DNA from: Raillietiella orientalis
Lineage: Eukaryota
Length of the DNA stretch: 64,000 nucleotides
Reading direction: 5' to 3'
NCBI GenBank assembly: GCA_036172245.1
Contig: JAYWIR010000001.1
Span: 6,014,001-6,078,000 of the forward strand
The notes beneath the pieces were generated by a model that did no database searches, was not told the DNA's origin, and saw only the letters and a program-made list of their open reading frames with translations. The translations under genes were made by a program, and so were the position numbers. How positions within the stretch are numbered: position 1 is the stretch's first letter; each line of letters starts with the position of its first letter. Shown piece after piece: positions 12,431-26,560 of this stretch.

Positions 12431-13949
12431 ATGCATGTTTGGTCCTACTTGCTTTTCCCGGCTTCTGTTGTGTACATTTTCAGTTGTACGATTCCCATTT
12501 CGGGTACAGTTTGAGGACTTCCTCATGTGGAACGTTCGGTTTCACCATTGTCCGCACCCGCTCCCACCCACCTCTTTCCCCAATACCATTCTTTCCTTCC
12601 TTGTTCTTCTACGCGGAAATCCAGTCGGGATCCCCGCGTAGAAGAACACGCACAAGAGTGCTTTTTGCGGAGAACATTTTTTTTTTTTTTTTTTCCTCCG
12701 TTGGTGAATTCACATTTCTCATCCCCACTCTCCTGGTTGACGCCAGTATAACTAATGGAGTCTACCAAATCCTCGGGTGTATTCAGATTTAGATGCTCTT
12801 TCTGTTCCTATTTCTCGTTTATTATAACTTCAGTTAGCTGTTGTTGTATTTACCATAGTTTTTCATTTCGACTGTGCAACTATTACATGCACTGCAGAGT
12901 GGGCTGAAGCCATACAGTGACTGCCTTTTATCTTTCATGCCCAACAGCGTCGTTTCCCTTCGTTTCGAGCAAGTAAAGTTACTCTTGCAAGTCAAGAAGG
13001 GGCGTCTATCCTTCTCCTTGGTTTGCTAGATGAAAAGGCGCACAAATGAGCGTCTGCTCACTGGCATCCGGAACTCACGAAAGGTGAAGCTTGTAGAAAA
13101 ATGGATGAGGCCACATCAGTTGCTTGAAAATTCTTAAAATCCCGTTTAGGAAAAAAAGATAAAACACGTGTCCTCGACTGACATCTGAAACGCAGTGAAG
13201 CTGCTGCATTTCAGCTCACAATTCAGACACGAAAGATTTCCTTCGGTCACCCCAGAGATGCATCCTACATTGGGTACAGTGAAACTTTCTGTCTCTTCAA
13301 AAGCGTCGTTGGCGTGAACAGAAATTCGGGCTTTGTTAGATGTATTTCTGTACATACATAAAGATACGTACCAGATAATGAACTAAAGAGTGCTGTTTCC
13401 AGGATACAGGAACGACTGAAGATCCATCGATGAATTTGCGAATGGATTAAAATTGCAGTTCAGTTTAAGTTGCATACATCTTTTTTGAATATGCTACAAC
13501 GGTAGTTCTTAGGAAATGGCAAAATTCTGCATTGCCTAATGTGATTGACTAGTTCTGCCCATTTTTTTGAACAGCAACCAGAAAAAAGGCTTGCAAATCT
13601 GACTAGCCTTCATAGTGTTGTAGTCAGAAATGTTTACCTGTACGCAGCTTATTTCTTCGTTTTGTTTTCGATAGTACCAAATATGAAAGTGTTTTACCGT
13701 ATAAATGTAGTTGCGTGCCCGATTAAAAGTTGTAATGGTTTTGTTTTGAAAGTGGCTGAATAACTTTCGCGCCTTTCCTGTCTAAAATTTATTGTTCTTT
13801 GCTTTGGCTTTTTTGGGAAAGCGCCAGAATGCTTCCTTTTTTTTGTTTTTTTATTTCCAACGAGAAGAAATTATGAATCTTTCAAGGATGCACCGAACTA
13901 TTCGTTTGCTTTCCTACTTAGCCTGGGATGGCTAACTGTGAGTTGGCTG

Positions 13950-14820
13950 TGTAGACACAGAATGTGAGTGTTGCCGGAGCTCTGAGAAATCAAGAAAGTG
14001 CCTTTCTGCTGTCCAAGACTGCGACGGTTATTTGCTGCCTCTTCTTCACCGACAGCTTGGCCTTTTGCAAGGCCGCTCAGTTTGATCGCTGGCGAAAGAA
14101 GACCGTGCTATGACCACCACGCATGCTCATTTGGTCCGGAAAAGAAGGCTCTGGAGTAAATTATCTCGGAATGGCTGGTCCTTGTTCTTCAACCCTGTTC
14201 TCCGTAGTCAAGCTTTTTCTGATTGCAAAAAAGCACCCTCCTGAAATCTGACTTCTTGAGGGAGTTTGAATATTCCATGGCACATGTGTCCTTCACTGTG
14301 CAATAGCAGGCGTCCACGCTCCTTCACACAGTTTGCATCTTGATTTTAAAAAACAGGTGCTGGGCACTTGAGAGCATTTGCGTAACTTGCAATTTTCGTG
14401 GCATCTTTAGAAGAACTGCCGGACAGTGTGGCAGATTTCCATGCTCGTGCAGCTTGAGAAGTTGAATGCATCGTGCTCAGTGTGTTTTCACAAGCGACTT
14501 TCACACTTTTCATTTTTCTTCACACGCCCGTCATGGTACAAGTACCATCCACGCTAGCACATTTATTCCATCCATTTTGCCAATGTGAGCAGCATAATTG
14601 CTGCTTTCACTCAAAGCATCTTCTTATTTCCCTTCGTTGTCTCCAGGATCGCACATCCTACACCTTATTTCTAGTCGCCCCTCACAGAGATTCGTCATGT
14701 TTGCAATTTCGGTCGACTCGCTCACTTGAAGCGAAGAAAGCCTCCATTTTTTATCTCTGGAATCGGTTTACTCAGCATTTTCCGTTGTTTCAGGATTTCT
14801 TCGACTGCACCATTTGATTG
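13950..14820 (-). mobile_element. Decayed hAT Buster (ZBED5/ZBED8/SCAND3-like) transposase
   Basis: Minus strand: SLQVSESTEIANM (~14735-14697; ~SLQLDESTD), WNKCASVDGTCTMTG (14570-14526; ~W.....TDGA..M.G), RLLLHSE (~14312-14292; ~LL.HTEVRW), then AKLSVKKR (~KL.LW). Multiple stops and frameshifts. Confidence 0.7.
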
Positions 14821-14999
14821 ATAGTTTGTTGGATGTATAATTTACCTATCTATTCATATAATTTATACATTTACAATGCGCGATGTAATTTATGTGTCTG
14901 ATGTATCGGTAAATGATTTACATCACTTCCCAAGCTCTTGTGAGTTTGTGGAGATTGTGCTTCCTGTCAAACAAGAATGATAATAAATAGCTGGTTTCA

Positions 15000-15470
15000 A
15001 ACACCCGAACATCCAATGTTCCAAGTAGCAAATGACAGATTTTCAGATTCTTCGGAAGACCACCAGGTATTTTTTGCTAGATGGTTCTGATTGCTCCTCA
15101 TGGCAAATGGAAGGAGGCAATAGTTTCTTTTGATCGTTTTTCCGATCAACACCTTGGATTGATTGATTTCGGTTGCACCTTCCTTGCCATGGTTTTGTTT
15201 TGTTTTGGGTTTGCCTTGCATGCTTTATTCTATGCACTTTTAGATTCTGATGGAAGTGGATGAGGGGAGAAGGGAGGGAGTCACATTGGTGGGCGTAGAT
15301 TCTCTCTGTGTCCTCTCCAGTCCGTACACTGTTTGCCGTACGCTCTCGCTCGCTGTGCCGATTTTGCTTTGCTTCCCTCATGCTCGACTTTTTTCTCTTT
15401 CTACATTGCCACATTTCAGCGTATTCTTCTTCCCCCCCTCACTTTGAGAGAAAAATATGCGGATAAATAA
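15000..15470 (-). mobile_element. Decayed RTE-like RT core relic
   Basis: HQCDSLPSPLI (~RQGD.LSP.LF) followed by IGKTIKRNYCLLPFAM (~I.G..L..LRFADD). Confidence 0.35.
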
Positions 15471-17228
15471 GAAAATAAATGTCCTTCAATTTCTCAGACG
15501 CTGAAGCAGCATAAAGATCGGATGAAAACATGACCAGTGTGAAAATATGTGCGTGCTTTGTGTTTTTCTCTTTTGACCGAAATCTTGAAGAACCCAGAGA
15601 CCGTCTTTCGCCGATTTTTCACTTCGCCAAATGATTTAGAACAAAGTGAAGTTTCGATGCTTTTTTTTTTTTTCATGTCTAGAAGGAAAAAAGAAAAAAG
15701 CAAAAATCTCAGACGCAAAATATATGTCGTAAATGGAAAATTTCGCAACTCTCTAAGGTTGTGAACATATAACCCTGCAAAACTAAAGGTTTTTTTTTTC
15801 CCGGCATTCCTGTCGGAAGTCCCCTTCGTATCTGGATTATCCCCAGATGTATTCATTCATATCTAGAGTTTCAAGTACGATGGGTTATACTTTCAGCATT
15901 TATTAGTTGCTTCACATCTGCACCTCTTTGTGGTATGTGCATATTTGATATTATGAAAACCCTCATGCATCTTCATGCCTTCCAATGAAATTGCACCTTT
16001 CGTATTATACACATTATTATTATACACGCAAATTATACACAGTGGAGATAGCATTCTACTCACAAACGAATCTCCACTTGGATGTGGTTCCTTGAAAATT
16101 TAGCATTTGACATTTTTTGCACAAGTGGGTTACTACTCTAAATTACTAGACAGACCTGATGCGTGGGATCTGCCTCAGAATGACTTCCATCCTCGCACCT
16201 CCTCAGGGTTTCAGCATCATTGACGGTGAAGCTTCTCGCCTCCAAAAGAATGCGAAATTCGAAATCTGATGTCCATGCAAACGCACGTCTTGCAAAGTCA
16301 CAGAAATTTTATTATGCGTAATGTACAGATAGGGTATAGGTGAAAGACCTTATTCTGAATGAATGATTTGACTCGTTAATACATAAACGGCTGGAAGACT
16401 TAAAGTTACCAAAAGTTGTTACGTCTTGGATTCTATATCCGAGCCCCATACTTTTTCAAGATGTTTAGGTCGTTAAAGAATAGAAAATGTTAGAAATCAG
16501 ATCAAAGTGAGATACTCCTAGCTGGAGGCTTTCATAAGCGAAAAGCCAATAGAAAAAGCAAAATTGGTAATTCCATAGTTTGAATTCTGTGTTTTGAGCC
16601 TTTGTGAATTACTTTAACATTAATTATAACTCTTGTATATGCAAAAGCAGTTCTGTTGTTAGAAATTAGTCGGTGAAATTCCGGAAGGCACACTAACCTT
16701 ACGAAGCATAAAAATGCACTCTTAATTGCTTTATTTTCGGTGATTATCGCAATCATTTCGTGATTTTGGGGTAGAATGATTTCTTTCGTCAAATCGCATC
16801 ATGATCATGGGGTTGTAGGCTCTGCTAGAAGTCATTATTTTCTTTGGGTCGTCGCAGACCTCGGCTTTTGTTTGTCCGTTTGCTTTTTTCGGTGCGATAA
16901 TCTATCCTTGTTTTCAGAAGTATCATTTCATCCAATTAGAAATAGAATCTTTGCATCAGTTTAGGCATGCTGTGTCATCCTGTCAGTCTGTTATTGGTTC
17001 CTCACCAAGTTCTCCATCCACGGAAAAGAAGATGTATAGGATCCTGTAGGAATTTTCTGTTTCCTTTACCGTAAACTCCAACTTCTGATCGACTTCGGTG
17101 ATGATAATGATTTCATCTATTCTTGAAATTTTTAAACACGCACGCACGCACGCACACGCACATACATGTATTTGTGTATTTGTATATACAGAAAGAGAAT
17201 AAATACATAAAGCAATTCGCAATAGTAG

Positions 17229-18210
17229 TCTGATTATAAGCCCCGAAAATAAGCTGCCTTCCACTCTCGCAAACAAGTATCATATCTTGATCATTTGTAT
17301 CTTGTGCATCGCTGGCAACATTTGTACATCTGAAGAAATTTTCTTCAGCTAGATGAGTTGGGATAAAAAAAAAATAAAATACACTTAAACTAATTCAAGA
17401 ATAGAAAAGAAAAGAGTTCAATTTAGAAGGCACGGTGCATACCTAATGTAGCAGTCTAGCCGACAAGGTGCGGCATGTTATTTCCATAGAGTAGACGATA
17501 GTCTACGGCCGATTCAGATAGCTACCAGCAGCTATAGCTTTCTGTTCGGCAGCTTCTGCTGAACAGAAAGTTGAAAGAATGGGGATCTATTTTCTAATAA
17601 CAAACTAACACATGCACGTGAAAAGAAAAACCCGCCATAAATGATGCGATTCTTCGAGTCATGATGACGTTCACTTCTGCAAATACTTGAAATTCACGAA
17701 GAATGATGAAGATGACTGACTATTACTGTTCTAATTTCAGTTTCGGTTTGAGTTTTCTATTCTCAAAAGTAGCTAATTTTATTCATTACTTGCAAAACTT
17801 CTCGCTTTTCTAGAATGCTTCGCGTAAGCTGTCTCTTCCTCCATGACAATTGCTACGCGGGCCTTGAAACGTTTCCCTTGAGAAATGAACACTCGAAGGA
17901 TTGCTTTCTGGGCGCACATGACGACGTCTTAAGTTGTTCTCTATCATACTAAATTTTCTTGTCACCCCACCACTATAACTTTTTCGCTTTATTCATCACC
18001 TCAATTTCCAAACTCGTTCCCTTGTCAATCTGAGCTTTTCCCATTTCCTACATCTCTGTGTGACACATTCTCAGCTTAACGAGATCCTATCCGACGGAGC
18101 AGTCGGTAGCTAAATGTACCGTCTTACGTGAATGTATGTTTTCTGGTACTTGCGCAATGTACCAAGCAATGAGAGCAAGCAGTAATAACTTCTGATTATA
18201 AGCCCCGAAA
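17229..18210 (+). repeat. Dispersed 20-bp direct repeat TCTGATTATAAGCCCCGAAA
   Basis: Exact copies at 17229-17248 and 18191-18210, with loosely similar flanks (AAGCAAT upstream, ACAAGTAT downstream). Confidence 0.7.
17538..17570. repeat. 33-nt hairpin (15-bp stem, 3-nt loop)
   Basis: CTTTCTGTTCGGCAG-CTT-CTGCTGAACAGAAAG with one G.T pair. Confidence 0.75.
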
Positions 18211-18749
18211 TTCTGTAATTTCTGATTACAGAATTTTCGTCTTTCAAAACGGCAAGTTGATCGCAAAAACCAGACAAGTATGCTTTCCGTGTTACCATTG
18301 GAATACACTTGAGTGCACATGTGTGCAATCCGATTCATAATATGTGTGTTTTCATCATGGTGTCGGGTTAGGATAGTTGGCATAATTTGCGCATGGAAAA
18401 ACCTTCGGGGCCAACCCATCTCGAAACTCTAATACAATAAGTGGAAAGTAACATTTTACGATTTTCGCATCTCAAGAGGGTCCAATTTATAACTTTTGTG
18501 AAAGTTGTTTGCAGTACATTTTTTAGGGTTATTTAAATACATACCTTCAGTGTGCGATTATTCTCCTTCACAGATAGATTGCTTAAGATCTTCTGTCAGC
18601 ACTGAATCGGAACTGCAAAGTTTGCATTCGAAGAATCTTTCTGGACAGCGTTAACCAGTAACAAAACGCATTGAAGATGTGCAAAAGAAGTCGATCAGAT
18701 GAGGTGTACAAATAGAGAATAGTGGCACCAAGCCGAAAGATAAGACAAT

Positions 18750-20150
18750 GAAGGTCCTCCTAGCATTCCTGGAGTTTCCATGGAGCTCCGAACTCAACCG
18801 TAATACTTCCGGTTATGACGGAGATTCAGCACACGATTTGAAGCAACTCGAACCAAAAACACGTTCTGAATCCCAAAATATTCAGTTTATTTTGAACTGA
18901 TGAAAGCTCGAAGTGAAAACCAAAACACAAAAAAAAAAGGAAAGAAAGAAAAACGCATCGGTAACCACAGTTCAAGGAGTTATAGCTGGGAAACACGCAA
19001 ACAGCTTACCGTGCAAGTTGGCAGCGAGGGGCAGTTGACAAGAGTTTCTTGTAGAGAAACCGAACAACGGACGATCATCGATCTATAAGAACCACGCGAA
19101 ACGCTTGCACCGTATTTGCTATATAAATGGTTCTCGACTGGTCAAAGTTTATGGATCGGAGAAATAGAGGGCAGCAGAAACAAGCAGAGAGCGGTGAAGA
19201 CAGGTGAAGCCTTCAAAGTTCGTCTCGAGAACGGAGGAGCAGAGAATACCTTGTCTGAAACGCTGTGAATCGACTAGCATTCATTGATGCAAGACATTGC
19301 ACGAGAACAGTGACGCAGCAAAAGGCCATCGGCAAAGAACGTATTGCCGCTTCCTACGTACAATGAAAACATATGAATGCACATTTACGTTTCTTTACCT
19401 GGACAAAAAAAAGATTCCTTACTGTTTTCTACTATGTGAAGCGGCGATTCATTCGTGAGGACTTCGAGCTAAGTAATTACATTCGGCTGCATGCAGATGG
19501 TCTCATCGGCTCAGAAAGACGATCGAGACAGGAAAAAAAAAAAAAATTGCATACCCTCAATTTGGTTTTCGTGAAGTCAGAATGTGAGATGTCAAAGGAC
19601 ATCTGGTAAGGTATCAACAAAGAAACCTGACAGAATGTACAGGAACGCCTGTTTGGAGTTTTAAGCAAAGAAATGCATCTTCGTACCTAAGGATTCGAGC
19701 AGCGGCATCTGGCCACTGCAAGCTGTACGATGAGCATTGTTCGTCCATCGCATGAGATGCTGAATGGGTAAAAAAAATGGATTCTCGATGAAGAGGAGCA
19801 GCAAGCATAACTTGCTCCGTCATTTGTGATCTCAACTAGAGACGATCTCTGGGCCGGTAATTCGTTACAGAACTATCCCTGCCACGGCAGTGTCCCATGG
19901 TAACTTGAGCAATCGATGATGCGCGAAAGAAAAATTACGTCTGTAGCACAAGCAGACGTTACGATGTGTCTTTGGATCAGTGCGTGCGGACAAACAGTAA
20001 AGCAGTTTTTGTGTCGTTCAGCTTGGAGCCCGATCGAAAAGGGCCGAGAAAAGGGAAGGAGGACACTTTTGCAGAAGATCCTGGCACTGAAAGAGGGTGC
20101 GCAATCCGAAAAATTCAGGAGACTCTAGGAGGTGACGTGGTCTCAAGCAG
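18750..20150 (+). mobile_element. Decayed RTE-clade LINE, nearly complete RT region
   Basis: Collinear motifs: TSGYDG...LK (~PG.DG), KKGKKE..GNH (~KKGD..NYR), ETEQ, NYIRLHADGLI (~LRFADD), SYLR (~YLG), KLRL*HKQTLRCVFG, REKGRR (~RGRP). Confidence 0.6.
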
Positions 20151-20379
20151 GATCTCAAAGTTTTGACTGAATTTTATCCGCCTACCGGGAAAATCTGACT
20201 CGCATATCAGACTCAAATGCGCTCCGAAAAAATGCTGCAGATCCTCCGCGAAGTTACAAAATTTTTTCTGGAAACACTTTGAGCAACAAAGATGAGGTTA
20301 TCAGAAAACTCCCCGCACTGCCTTGAAGGCAAAAAAAGGTGTAAACTCCTATTTGATACATTTCCACATCCCATACAGT

Positions 20380-21300
20380 AGTGTTTTCCTTGTTTGTCTG
20401 GCTGCTCCTTTCATCTATCAGGCATCTTGACTATAATGTGCTTGTCGATGTCCCCAAATTCTCGGGAACTCTTGGCATTGTGGGCTTACTGCTCCATCTG
20501 AAGAGACGGAGCGGCTGGCCATTTGACCGAAGCAAATCTCAGGAGGCGAAGCAGAGCAGACGGATACGCCCTGTTCCTCCTCTAGCAGTTTTTTTCCGGA
20601 TGTTTTATCACCGCCACGTGCAGCCTCAGATTGCCGTGATGGAGAACCACTCCTTTCCTATTCTCCAGAGCCAACATTTTCCTGGATGTCCTGGTTCGTT
20701 TTCTCTAGCTAATAGCAATGCTTTCCCTTTGACGGCTTCATTGGACCAGTAGAAGATCCCCTAGGAATTCCACCAAACGCGCAGCACAGCATTTTTTTGG
20801 TTACAATCCAGGCTTGGCAATTCCACAGGATGGGGTGGGGGGGAAGCTCCCATCTCAAGAACCAACTTTCCTTCCTTCCCCCGTTTCCTAATGTACTGAT
20901 TTACTTTGCTTCCATGTGGTCTATGAGGTTGGTACCACTTGATGTCTGCTGTATTTCTGGATGTCTTTCGGTTCGAGTCCGAATGTTGAATATGGAAAGG
21001 GCAGTATAGATCGGGGAGCAGGTGACTTTCCATGCAAGAATTACTCTCATGGAACCTCTTGAATCCCCCTGACAAGTTTGGGTATCTGGAGTGCTTATTC
21101 CATAAATATGGCATGCATCCTCCACAAATGCAGATTTGTGCTACTGCTTGCTTGCTCAAACTCTCAAAGCGTGCTTCATACTATCCGTTCTCTAGCAGCC
21201 CGCAAATCTCGAAATAGTACATAATTCCTCTGAGCATCTTCAGATCGAAAGTCTTCTTTCGTGTCTTTGACAGAGACCACTTACCGGCCAACATCAAGTG
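20380..21300 (+). mobile_element. Decayed non-LTR RT relic
   Basis: VLVDVPKF (~FVD..KAF), FPI...FPGCPGS (~QGCPLS), DKFGYL (~F.YLG), in order. Confidence 0.4.
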
Positions 21301-21949
21301 AGATGAGACTTTTTTTGGGGGCCAATCATTTAGCAACTTTCTCCTTGATATTCATCTCCCAGAAAGGAAGGACCAAAGAGGGGATTTAAACTTTTGAAAC
21401 ATAAAATTTTCTGATGTTGGTTGAATAAAATATGTTGCTGTTATTATTTTTTAACCATTTTCGTTGTAACTGCCGCCTACTTTCCGAAACCTTTCTCAGC
21501 GCTGGAATCGACACTGTCAGCCGAAAACATTTATACACTTCAGCGACATCGCGGCGCATTTCCGCAGAACAGAGATCTTCATCTGTTTCAAGATGGAATG
21601 GCGACATGAATCTCATCTGAAGCAACGTGTCCATCAGAGTAGGCATTTTTAAATGTGACAACCTCTGGAGCGTAGACTGTTCAAGTTGATCCGGTTTATC
21701 GTGTTGCCACGCAGACCTGCCGAAAAAAAAAAAAAAAACTGTTGTGCCGAAGGCCGTACCAGGGATTCTATGAACTTGGTTTTTGAAACTCTTTTCTGTC
21801 GACAGGATCAGTGAGTGAATGATGTGTATCATTTCACTAATAATTACATGACTTGACTGCCACCGAGAAAGTATCCTTATTGTGATTATTGCTTAATAAA
21901 CTACTGTTTTCACAGTACTGGTTCGGAACCAAGAAAAATCATTCTGAAT

Positions 21950-22850
21950 TTCATGGACTCTGTTTCATGGACAAGATCGGTCTCCTCCATACTACGGACA
22001 ATTCGTGTGCTTCGGCACACCAAAGTAGGAATGCATCCCAAACGCGCGGTGACAGTTCTGTTCCGTTTCAATCAAATCCCACTTGCCACCGCCTGCTTGC
22101 ACGGTGCGTTGAACGAACAGCTGTGCTCACCATCGCACTAATTGCCACCTTTGCTGCCTTGAGAAATTTTCCTTTCAAAGCATCATCTGAACAGACGTGT
22201 AGCGCTAGCCAAGCCTGGCTGGCCGTACATCAGGCGTACGTACGGTGTCTCTGTTGCGGCTCCTCCGTCCTTCTCGGAGTGGTGGGATGGATGGTAGGCA
22301 CGCAGTGCAGCCTCGGGAGCGATTCGGGTGCAGCAGCGAAAGCTAAGAATAAGTTGTGAGAGAGGGAGGAGAGGGGACGAGACGGAACGTTCCCCTTGCA
22401 TTTTCGGGTCTTCCGCCGCAGCAAGGACGACGGGCCCTGCTCGAAGCTTAGGGAGTTCCTCGCGCACGCGAGGATGGCGCAGCGCGCGCGGCGTCCGGCT
22501 GCCGCCGCGCTCCTTCTTCATGCTCTGCGGGTGCTGCTGCTGCTATCCGTGCGAAGTGGGAAACACCCGGATCACCACCGAACGGAGCTGGGCGCGGGTG
22601 CGGCGGCCGCTCGTTGGACGGGATAGCGGCAGCTACACTCCTGTCTCTGGCGCCTGCAGGTCCGAGAACCTTGGCGACACGTGCCCCGACATCCACCGAA
22701 ACGTGCACGTTCTCCTCAGCCCGTGTTGCTGTTTGCGTCCACAGAAGTGGCGTCCCTTTCTTCTTTTTATGAGCGGACTAAGAAGTGTAACAGAATCGCA
22801 AACGGTTTTGCCTTTTAAGAACGGAATTCTGCATCCGCCGGATCACGAAT
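21950..22850 (+). mobile_element. Decayed CR1/L2/jockey-like RT relic
   Basis: HHRTNCHLCCLEK (~NYRPISLL...K) and VGRDSGSYTPVSGACRSENLG..PDIHRN (~S....SGVPQGS.LGP.LF.IY.ND). Confidence 0.4.
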
Positions 22851-23439
22851 CCCTTGAAGATTCTGTTGATGGAAGTCAGCTCCGGATCGTAAAGGAACGC
22901 AAGAGGTACCTCTTGCGTTCTTTTGTAACTTTTAGTGCAGCTCTCTCTAAGATGAGAAATTCTTGGAACGATTTTACATTTTTGGATGAGACATGTGCTT
23001 GACTTTTTTTTTTTTTTTTGAGGAAGTCACAGTTTCTACCTGCATGGAAAGCTGTGCTTTTAAAACGTCAATATTCGATCCCGAAAGTCCACTGCTTTTC
23101 TTAAAGCTTTGTCTCTGAGTTCTTCTCAATTAATAAAGGTCAAACGACAAAAAAAAAAAAAAAAAACTTTTTTTGTGTGCGCGTGCGACTATTTATATTC
23201 GTTTCGCCTGCTGACTACATTGGTAAACTGCATCTGTTGAGATGTTGAATTCAAATTACGAGTTTTGCTTTCTTTTGAAGAAAAGATGGCTGCAGAAACG
23301 ACTGGTCCACTGGAATGTGAAGATGACACCGTGTCAGCCGACTTCGATGCAAACGAATCCACAAGCATGCAGAGCGCCTTCCTTGTGAACGAACACACCA
23401 CGTGCCGTAAGTTCGATGCAACCATTAGAAGCACATCTG

Positions 23440-24150
23440 TGTCATTTAAACACGATGAATTTCGACACACTTCCGAGAAAGCACTTGTCACGAAAGTCTT
23501 TAGCAGCCACAAGAGCAGCGCTCACCTCGTAGTGTTGTGGCATCGGGAGAACACAGCTGAGGCTCTTCCGTCCAGCTTTTCCGTGTTGCGTATTTAAAAA
23601 AGGAAATCAAGCCGAAGGAGGATACGAGCGAAAGAATACATCATGCAGTAGAACAACAGCACACGGTTTTTTGTCTTTGGATTTGCAAGAAGCATGGGTC
23701 CGACTTCCTCTAAGGTTCTGTTTTGATTCCAACCGGAGATGCCTGCAGGAAGAGCTGCTTACTGCATGCATGTCGGGGACGAATCGGCTGGTTTACGATG
23801 CTTCTTGCACAAACACTCTTGGATCTTCCATTCGTACCATCATGAGACTCTCAGCAGCTGCACACGGCGCGCTGCTGAAAGGGTTGCAACGTTGCTAAAG
23901 ACATGGAGAATAGGAAGGAGGTTCCGGCGCATGCACGGATCAGAATCGGAAGACTGCCGAGTGGTTGGCGAGACATTCGCGAGAACTGGACGCTTTGTGG
24001 ATCTCGAAATTCAATTTACGAGGTCGAAAGAGGAGTTTATCGTTCGTAGTCGATATCAACGCATGCAAGGAGGAAAAACAAGAAGAAGAAAAATGGCCGT
24101 TTCCCATGGAATGAAAATAAGGCAGCGGCAAAGCAAAAATACTAATTTAC
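23440..24150 (+). mobile_element. Decayed RTE-like RT relic
   Basis: EFRHTSEKALVTKVF (~YRPISLL...K.F), SLDLQEAWVR (~D..KAFD.V), VGETF..GRFVDLEI..RSKEE (~G..L..LRFADD...S.EE). Confidence 0.5.
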
Positions 24151-25679
24151 ACCCTTTTAATTTGTGAAGGCGGAAAGGAGGCCCTATTATCTTGAGAGAG
24201 AGATGTGGCCCAAAACCAGCTGCGTCGAGACAAACAGGTGGAACAGCCTGTTTTTTTTGTTTTGTTTTGTTTTGCACTTTAAAGCCAAGTTCAGATTTGG
24301 ACTCGGAATCCATCTCAGCTGAAAATAAATCTGTACATTAGGAATTGCATCATAGCAACCGGCAGCAAAGGTACACGGGCGCTCATGTGACGGATGTCGT
24401 ATTTATGGCGTCGGAAACCTGAAGGAGGTGGCAAAAGCGGAACGGCGACTAGAGAGGGCGATTGATTTTTCGAAGATGAGGTTCGTCGGAAACGGGACCA
24501 AGGAATATAATTCACGCCGTATTTAAGATTCCTTCCCGTTCGGAAGGTTGGTTCGGTCTTTCGTGTACTCGACACTAATTGTGATGAGTCTTCCCAATGG
24601 GTTCCCCAGTATTTTGACCGACGGAACTTTCTCTATAATTCAAGGTACTTAGAAGGAACGAAAAGGAAGGAAAACAAGTCAGCAAGGCTAGCCAACAGCT
24701 GCAGCATTCGAAATTACAACAGGAAGGACAACCGAACAGAAGGAATCGAGTTGGTTAGCGTTTGCAAAAAGTGTCACTAGAATATAAGGCAAATGTGTAA
24801 GTGTTTTTCTGCAGTTGCAGTCCATTAGTGAACAGCCTTGCGTGTGTTTCTTTGTTTTGTTTTGTTTTGTTTTTGGAAACCTTTGGGAACGATCGCTTAC
24901 TGACATTCACACGTGTTCTTCTCCTCTCTATTTTGGAAGAACCAACACATGCACTTCTGGATTGTTTTAGCTTTGTGCTTTCGAAATGCACTGCTTCTTT
25001 CATGATCTCAGGTACATTAAATATATACCTATAATTCATAGACTGCACAAACTTTAAATAGTCTAGGGAGGATATGTATGTATTGTATGCATATATATAA
25101 AATCAAATATGTGCATCAGGTTTATCTGATTCCCCAAATCATTTAGTCAGCTCTCCGTAGGCTATATAGCTCGAAGCTCTTTACATTATATCAAGGTCAG
25201 CGTTTCCACCTGGTGCAAAGCAGTGACCGCAAGTGTACGGAAACGCGACGGATCGTTTAGCATGTTAACAGCCTGCTGCTTTTGCAAAAGCATCCGCTTC
25301 AGCAATGTATCGGAGCTACAGGAGTGAGTGGCAAGTGCATGTCTTTCCTGAAAGGTTCTTTCCCCAGTCTCTAGAGGATCAGTCCAGGGCGATCTTCTAA
25401 GAACATTTGCTGGATCGGTTAGGGCAGAGCTTTCGGTTCCTCTGCGACTCGTCAGTACGACCGCGCCGGATCTCTCAGTGATTACCGTCAGGAAGAAACA
25501 AACGGAATTCACACGCAGTTTCTCCGGTGACACAGTGTTGCTTTCTGACTGCGTGTGGATGCTTGGCAAGCTCTTAGAGCAACGCTGCACGACGAGATTT
25601 GTAATCTCTGCGAGGAACGACTCGGCTGGGTTCCTCTTGCCTTTCCACTCTCTTCTAGAACCGAATCCGCTGCCTCTGC

Positions 25680-26560
25680 AACAGTTTGTTCCCCTCTATT
25701 TTACTCAGATGTGCACTGAGCACAACAACACTTTATAAGCATGCCACTGACCCTGGCGTAAGGTTTGCTTGCGGACTTGGGGAGCCCTCGTTCGCTTCGT
25801 AGGTCTCTCTCCACGCAAGGTAGGCCGGGTCTCATTTCTGTGGTGGTCCTGTTGGCCTGAGCTTTTTCCATAATGAGATTTTCGTTCCCTCCTCGTTTGC
25901 GGTTTGCGCACCTTCCAACCTATCGACTCGCCCAGCTTATCTCCAAAGCGGCCGAACAAAACCAGGGCTTCTCCTTGTATGCCGAAGGAGCTGCTGGTTC
26001 GTTAAGGTCCACCAACGAGAAAAAGCAGATCGGATGTCAGATTACGCACTCCCCGACGACAGTCCACGAAACAAAGTGTGAGACACCACGGCGTGATTCA
26101 GATGTTTACGCTCGTTCCATCGCGGCTGGGCGTCTCTGACGGAATTATTAGCGGCTGATTGCTTCAGTTCGCGCAAGTTTTTGCCGTAAGTGTGGATGGC
26201 TGGCAGCGAAAACAAAGGAAACTGTGCGATGCGTGGAAATGGGATGTTTAGCTGAGCCCAGCCGAGCCGGGCTGGCGAGCACAAGATCTGGAATCGGATT
26301 TCGAAAGAACAGCCGATACTCAGTCGCTCCACTCCTGAAGGCGCATAGCGAGAGCAGTTGGCCTCTGCACCTGAAAGATGATAAAGCAAAGCGCAGCAGT
26401 GAAACATGAAAACTTCGAAAATCATCGTAGAAGACTCCGATGAAAGAATGACCCCGCGTAAAAAGAGACCCAGAAGGCCTCAGCTGCCAAACTCTTTCAA
26501 ACAAGCTAAACAACCGCGTACACGTGGGAATGACTCTTCCATTTGCGTGGACCTGTGTAT
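25680..26560 (+). mobile_element. Decayed RTE-like LINE relic
   Basis: VRFACG...VSLHAR (~V.VGLHQG), LYAEG (~LYADD), HSESSWPL..DD (~YGSE.W.L), KRPRRP (~KRPRGRP). Confidence 0.5.
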
